From: Elusimicrobiota bacterium
GTDB lineage: Bacteria > Elusimicrobiota > Elusimicrobia > Elusimicrobiales > Elusimicrobiaceae
Assembly (NCBI GenBank): GCA_012523635.1
Contig: JAAYTX010000067.1
Span: 1 to 54,519 of the forward strand
Length of the DNA: 54,519 nucleotides
Reading direction: 5' to 3'
This document shows, piece by piece, positions 50,631-54,519 of the stretch. The notes under the pieces are model-generated. The model was not told the DNA's origin. It searched no databases and saw only the letters and a list, made by a program, of their open reading frames with translations. The first letter of the stretch is position 1; every line of letters begins with the position of its first letter. Made by a program: the position numbers and the translations under genes.

Positions 50631-50845
50631 CTGGCGGAAAAGGTGGCCGCTTTTCCAAAGCATATCGAAGCGGCACTTCCTCGCGTTAGCGCTCGGTCGG
50701 GATTCCTTCTCCTCCGGTTTTATGCCGCACCCTTCGGGCTGGCAAAAACCTCCTCCGAAGCCTGCCGCCCTCACTGCCGCTCGCCGCGACTTCGCGGCTC
50801 GCTATCTGCCGTCCGGCAGCGTTCGGGTCGGCTTCTAATCCTCCC
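50631..50845. repeat. tRNA-flank repeat family, composite copy R4
   Basis: The left end CTGGCGGAAAAGGTGG (50631-50646) repeats the tRNA-Ser(GGA) 3' end CTGGCGGAAAGGGTGG (50885-50900) with one mismatch. 50645-50683 is an inverted copy of R2 26349-26388. 50713-50757 is nearly identical to the R3 block. The right end is GGCTTCTAATCCTCCC. Confidence 0.75.
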
Positions 50846-50885
50846 AATTTAAAAGCCCCCCGCAAAAGCGGAGGGCTTTTAAATC

Positions 50886-50976
50886 TGGCGGAAAGGGTGG
50901 GATTCGAACCCACGATGCCCTTTTGGAGCATACAGTCTTTCCAGGACTGCGCCTTCAACCGCTCGGCCACCTTTCC
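50886..50976 (-). tRNA. tRNA-Ser (anticodon GGA)
   Basis: The reverse complement reads GGAAAGG-TG-GCC...GGC-G-CAGTC-CTGGAAA-GACTG, then a long variable arm, GTGGG-TTCGAAT-CCCAC, CCTTTCC-G-CCA. CCA is encoded. Confidence 0.9.
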
Positions 50977-51024
50977 GTGAAGACTGATATTAAGACTAGA
51001 GAACTAAAACACTGAAAAAAAATA

Positions 51025-51130
51025 TGGTTGGGGAAGTTTCGGCCACGCATAAATTCCTCTATGGGAATTTTGCGCGGCCCCGGCTCGCGGCCTCGTACAA
51101 CTCGGCATCGCTGCGCCTTTCGAATCCTTA
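51025..51130. repeat. tRNA-flank repeat family, copy R5
   Basis: The left end TGGTTGGGGAAG (51025-51036) is identical to the tRNA-Tyr 3' end at 51178-51189. Internal hairpin CGCATAAATTCC/GGAATTTTGCG. Blocks CCCGGCTCGCGGC and CTCGGCATCGCTGCGCCTTTCGAATCC are shared with R2. The right end contains an inverted AAGGATTCGAA, equal to the tRNA-Tyr T arm. Confidence 0.75.
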
Positions 51131-51177
51131 CGCGGGACAATCAATTGTCCCGCTCCCCAACTATTTAAAAAAGAGCA

Positions 51178-51261
51178 TGGTTGGGGAAGGATTCGAACCT
51201 TCGAAGGGCATAGCCCGCTGGTTTTACAGACCAGTGCATTTGACCGCTCTGCCACCCAACC
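51178..51261 (-). tRNA. tRNA-Tyr (anticodon GUA)
   Basis: The reverse complement reads GGTTGGG-TG-GCAG...anticodon arm ACTGG-TCTGTAAA-ACCAG region with GTA, then a long variable arm, GAAGG-TTCGAAT-CCTTC, CCCAACC-A. CCA is not encoded. Confidence 0.85.
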
Positions 51262-51278
51262 GTTTAAGGCTTATTCCG

Positions 51279-51350
51279 CGCGCCCGACAGGAATCGAACC
51301 TGTACTTGAAGCTTCGGAGGCTTCCGTGATATCCATTTCACCACGGGCGC
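51279..51350 (-). tRNA. tRNA-Arg (anticodon CCG)
   Basis: The reverse complement reads GCGCCCG-TG-GTGAAATGGATATCAC-G-GAAGC-CTCCGAA-GCTTC-AAGTA-CAGG-TTCGATT-CCTG-(T)CGGGCGC-G. It lies 24 nt downstream of alaS. Confidence 0.85.
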
Positions 51351-51374
51351 CGCAAATAAGCTCTACAGCGGAAA

Positions 51375-54035
51375 TTATAACAAATAAGACGCCGCGGTTT
51401 CGCCTGCGGCCTTAACAAACTGCTCCCAGTTGCCGCTGAAAGGCGCGCCGCCCTGCGCGAAATCCTTGCGCCCTCCGGCCTTGCCGCCGTGTTTCTCGGC
51501 CAGCGCCCTGGCTATGGCCCCGGCATCGGCCTTGGGGTGTTTGGCATCCTTGCCAACGCCAAGCGCGAAAGCGGCCTTGCCTTCGGCAAACGCCGCCGCC
51601 AGCACAAGCGCACCGGCATTTTTATCGCGCAGGGCGTCAACGGCATTGCGCAGAAGTTTCGCGTCCGCTCCGTCCACCTGCGAGGCCACCAGCGTCATCC
51701 CGCCAGGCAAATCCACGCTGGATGCGGAAGCGGCCGCGCCGCCCGAAGCCAGCTTCTGCTTCAAAGCGTCTATCTCCTGGCGCAGTTCCTTCTCGCGGGC
51801 CAGAAGCTGCGCCGCGCGCTGCTCCAGTTTATCCGGGGTGGTGGTCATTGCCCGCGCGGCAGACTCGGCCAGCGCGGCCAGTTCGCGGAAATAATGTATT
51901 GCGGCAGGGCCCGCCACGCCCTCTATACGGCGCACCCCGGCCGACAGGGCCGAATCCTTCAGAATTTTCACCATAAGCAGTTCGCCGGTATGGTCGGCAT
52001 GGGTGCCGCCGCACAGTTCAAGGCTCACTCTGTCCTTGGCCGTGTCCCAGCCGCCGCTATTAATAAGCACGAAACGGGCAGGGTCGGCATATTTTTCGCC
52101 AAGCAGGGTCACCGCGCCGAATTTCTCGGCGTCCTTAAGCGGACGCTCCTGTTTCGAGACTTTGTAGTCCCGCGCAATGGCTTCGTTGATAAAAACTTCC
52201 ATCTGCGCCAGTTGTTCCGGGGCTGGCGCCTTGGCAGTAGTGTAGTCGAAACGGAAACGCTCCGGCGACACCATGGAACCGGCCTGACGCACATTGGCCC
52301 CCATGAATTTTTTCAGCGCTGAATTCAAAAGATGCGTCGCGGTATGGTTGCAGGTGGCGGCGGCGCGGCTTGTGCGCGACACTTCAGCGCGCACCTTCAT
52401 TCCTGGCTTCAGTTCCCCCGCCGCCTTCACCAGATGCGCTATCAGTGAAGCCGACGGCTTCTGCGTGTCCGTCACACGCGCCAGCTCTGCGCCGCCGGAA
52501 GAAAGCAAAACGCCGGTATCGCCGGCCTGGCCGCCGGACTCGGCGTAAAAAGGAGTCTTGTCCAATATGACGCAGCCTTCAGCCCCGGCCGCCAGCTTCT
52601 CCAGTTTGCGGCCGTGAACGTCGGTCACCGCGGCTATTTCGGCGTCAACAGACAGCCTGTCGTAGCCTTCGAAAACAGTAGTGAAGCCCAGCTTGTGGAA
52701 TTCGCCGGTTTCTTTCTGCCCCGAACCTTTCCAGCCGGACTTGGCCACCTGCTGCGCGGCAAGGCGGGCCTTGTCGAAGCCTTCCTGGTCCACGGAACGC
52801 CCGTTTTTCTGCGCTATTTCACGGGTAAGCTCCAGCGGGAAGCCGTAAGTCTCGTAAAGCCTGAAAGCCTCGTCTCCGGGAATGGCCTTGGGATATTTCT
52901 CCAGCAGGGCCTGTATATGGTGCTCGCCGCTTTCCAGCGTTTCAAGGAAGCGCTCCTCTTCGGCGCGCGCCGCTTCGGCTATGTCCTTGAGGTTGCGCGT
53001 AAGTTCCGGATACGCGGGCTTGAAAATCTTCGCCGCTTCCGGCACCAGCAGGTGCAGGAAAGGCTCGTTGCGGCCCAGCAGTTTCCCGTAGCGCAGGGCC
53101 CTGCGTATTATGCGGCGCAGTATGTAGCCGCGCCCTTCGTTGGAGGGGGTCACACCGTCGTTTATCAGGAAAGTGCAGGCGCGGGCGTGGTCGGCAATCA
53201 CGCGCAGTTCCAGCGTGCGCTTGGCCCTGTCCTGCTGCGCTATCTTAAGCAGTTCGCAGGCTTTGTCGGAAATGGGCATGAACAGGTCCGTTTCAAACGG
53301 GGAACGCTTGCCCTGAAGCACCATGCACAGGCGCTCAAGGCCCATGCCGGTATCTATGTTCTTGCGCGGCAGCTGCTTCAGCGAACCGTCGGCCTGCCTG
53401 TCGAACTGCGTGAAAACGTGGTTCCAGATTTCTATATAGCGGTCGCAGTCGCAACCGGGGCCGGGGCAGCCTTCGTGCGCCAGGTCCGCGCCGAAATCGT
53501 AATAGATTTCCGAGCACGGGCCGCAGGGCCCGGTGTCGCCCATGGTCCAGAAATTGCTGTCGGCGCCCAGGAAGCTGAGGTGGCTGTCCGCCATGCCTGG
53601 GGGCAGCACCTTTTTCCAGCTTGCGGCGGCCTCATCATCGCGTTTGGCCAGCCCGCCTGAAAACACCGTGACGTACAGACGCGCCGGGTCCAGCCCCATT
53701 TCCTTTGTAAGGAACTCCCAGCCCCAGGTAATAGACTCTTCCTTGAAATAATCGCCGAAGGAAAAATTGCCCAACATTTCAAAAAAAGTAAGGTGGCGGG
53801 CAGTGCTGCCCACGCGGTCTATGTCGGTGGTGCGGAAGGACTTCTGGCAGCTGGCCGCGCGCGACATGTCCGTCTTCTGGCCCATGAAATAAGGCTTCAG
53901 CGGCGCCATGCCGGCAGCTATGAACAACAGCGTCGGGTCGCTTTCCGGGATAAGCGAGGCTGACGGCACTATGGTGTGCCCCTTGCCCGCGTAAAAATCT
54001 AGAAATCTGCGCCTGGTTTCGTCTGAGCTCATCAT
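51375..54035 (-). CDS. alaS: alanine--tRNA ligase
   Basis: 886 aa. FLDFYAGKGHTIVPSASLIP, SFRTTDIDRVG, FFEMLGNFSFGDYFK, the editing-domain HTATHLL...CGGTH motifs and a C-terminal DHHA1-like region are all present. Confidence 0.95.
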   Translation of the reverse strand: MMSSDETRRRFLDFYAGKGHTIVPSASLIPESDPTLLFIAAGMAPLKPYFMGQKTDMSRAASCQKSFRTTDIDRVGSTARHLTFFEMLGNFSFGDYFKEESITWGWEFLTKEMGLDPARLYVTVFSGGLAKRDDEAAASWKKVLPPGMADSHLSFLGADSNFWTMGDTGPCGPCSEIYYDFGADLAHEGCPGPGCDCDRYIEIWNHVFTQFDRQADGSLKQLPRKNIDTGMGLERLCMVLQGKRSPFETDLFMPISDKACELLKIAQQDRAKRTLELRVIADHARACTFLINDGVTPSNEGRGYILRRIIRRALRYGKLLGRNEPFLHLLVPEAAKIFKPAYPELTRNLKDIAEAARAEEERFLETLESGEHHIQALLEKYPKAIPGDEAFRLYETYGFPLELTREIAQKNGRSVDQEGFDKARLAAQQVAKSGWKGSGQKETGEFHKLGFTTVFEGYDRLSVDAEIAAVTDVHGRKLEKLAAGAEGCVILDKTPFYAESGGQAGDTGVLLSSGGAELARVTDTQKPSASLIAHLVKAAGELKPGMKVRAEVSRTSRAAATCNHTATHLLNSALKKFMGANVRQAGSMVSPERFRFDYTTAKAPAPEQLAQMEVFINEAIARDYKVSKQERPLKDAEKFGAVTLLGEKYADPARFVLINSGGWDTAKDRVSLELCGGTHADHTGELLMVKILKDSALSAGVRRIEGVAGPAAIHYFRELAALAESAARAMTTTPDKLEQRAAQLLAREKELRQEIDALKQKLASGGAAASASSVDLPGGMTLVASQVDGADAKLLRNAVDALRDKNAGALVLAAAFAEGKAAFALGVGKDAKHPKADAGAIARALAEKHGGKAGGRKDFAQGGAPFSGNWEQFVKAAGETAASYLL

Positions 54036-54100
54036 AATGCCGAATTATATCATTTTGGGGCCAGTTGACAGGTAAGCGCCGCCGCTGTTACACTGGTTCC

Positions 54101-54519
54101 ATGGCCGAGCAGGAACAGCAACAACCGCAGACCCAATCCGAAGAACCGCAGGAAGGCGCCCCGCGCGGCTGCCTGATAGCGCTGTTCATGGTCCCTGTAT
54201 TCGTGCTGGTGGCGGCTGGCATACTGCACGTCACCAAAAAAATGGACCCCGCCACGGTCAAGATGACGGCCACCGAAGACGCCGCCTTCGAAGAACAATA
54301 TACGGAAGAAGAGGTGGCGGTGTCCTCAGCCGCGGCCACGGAAACGGCGGCTGAAACTCCAACCGAAGCGTCAACGGAAAAAGAAGACCGCGCAATCACG
54401 CTGGCGGCTGTGGAAAAACTGGCGGGAAAACCTGTCTCGCTGAGGAAACTGCTGAACATGGGCTCGGAAATCGACGCCCTTCTCAACCACAAGAACACTC
54501 TCGAACTTTTGAAAAATAA
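54101..54519 (+). CDS. hypothetical membrane-anchored acidic protein, 5' part; runs off the window end
   Basis: Absent from the ORF track because no stop lies in the window (the final AA is an incomplete codon). My translation from ATG 54101 gives MAEQEQQQPQTQSEEPQEGAPRGCLIALFMVPVFVLVAAGILHVTKKMDP...EKEDRAITLAAVEKLAGKPVSLRKLLNMGSEIDALLNHKNTLELLKN. It has one clear TM helix and natural-looking composition, whereas the opposing 136-aa track ORF (54088-54498) is Ala/Ser-rich shadow-like sequence. Confidence 0.55.
   Translation, partial: MAEQEQQQPQTQSEEPQEGAPRGCLIALFMVPVFVLVAAGILHVTKKMDPATVKMTATEDAAFEEQYTEEEVAVSSAAATETAAETPTEASTEKEDRAITLAAVEKLAGKPVSLRKLLNMGSEIDALLNHKNTLELLKN

Noticed and set aside
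54088-54498. 136-aa minus-strand track ORF (and 54050-54298) at the window end.
   Set aside because: Its sequence is Ala/Ser/Val-rich and shadow-like. The plus strand carries an ATG-initiated frame with a clean TM helix and natural composition that continues past the window end, so I preferred the plus-strand partial CDS.

Overview
This is a high-GC bacterial chromosome segment, roughly 60-65% G+C by hand count of typical lines. Diderm hallmarks are present: a BamA/TamA-like OMP, TolC, an RND pump, an M23 peptidase and ArnT-like GT-C proteins. I support about 50 protein genes, most on the minus strand and many translationally coupled, plus 4 tRNA genes. I see no rRNA, CRISPR array, transposase or integrase. 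The ORF track accepts GTG/TTG starts, and many long ORFs are antisense shadows of real genes, as expected at this GC.

Housekeeping content:
- CCA-adding-enzyme-like gene (partial), buk-ptb, PLD-type cardiolipin synthase, metF, nnrE, alaS, alkA, a LOG-family protein.
- A tetR-tolC-RND operon, a zur-zupT operon, and a yeiH/LysR divergent pair.
- otsA.

Most interesting region: a 15.3-kb, 11-gene translationally coupled operon (44815->29498, minus strand).
- It joins four paralogous cobalamin-type radical SAM enzymes, one with a non-canonical Cx5Cx2C cluster, to two GT2 glycosyltransferases and a DUF2304 partner.
- It also carries a fused and a split copy of a large GT-C-like membrane protein.
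- Its last gene is a signal-peptide trehalase fused in frame to an alpha/beta hydrolase.
- I cannot assign it to any characterised pathway. I propose it as a candidate new envelope glycolipid/glycan tailoring system.

Second theme: a family of 90-220-bp structured repeats sits on the 3' side of three tRNA genes.
- Each repeat re-creates 11-16 nt of the neighbouring tRNA.
- At tRNA-Ser(UGA) the repeats interleave with a strongly AT-rich islet. The islet carries a Vat-type streptogramin acetyltransferase and an orphan ORF bracketed by a perfect 31-bp direct repeat.
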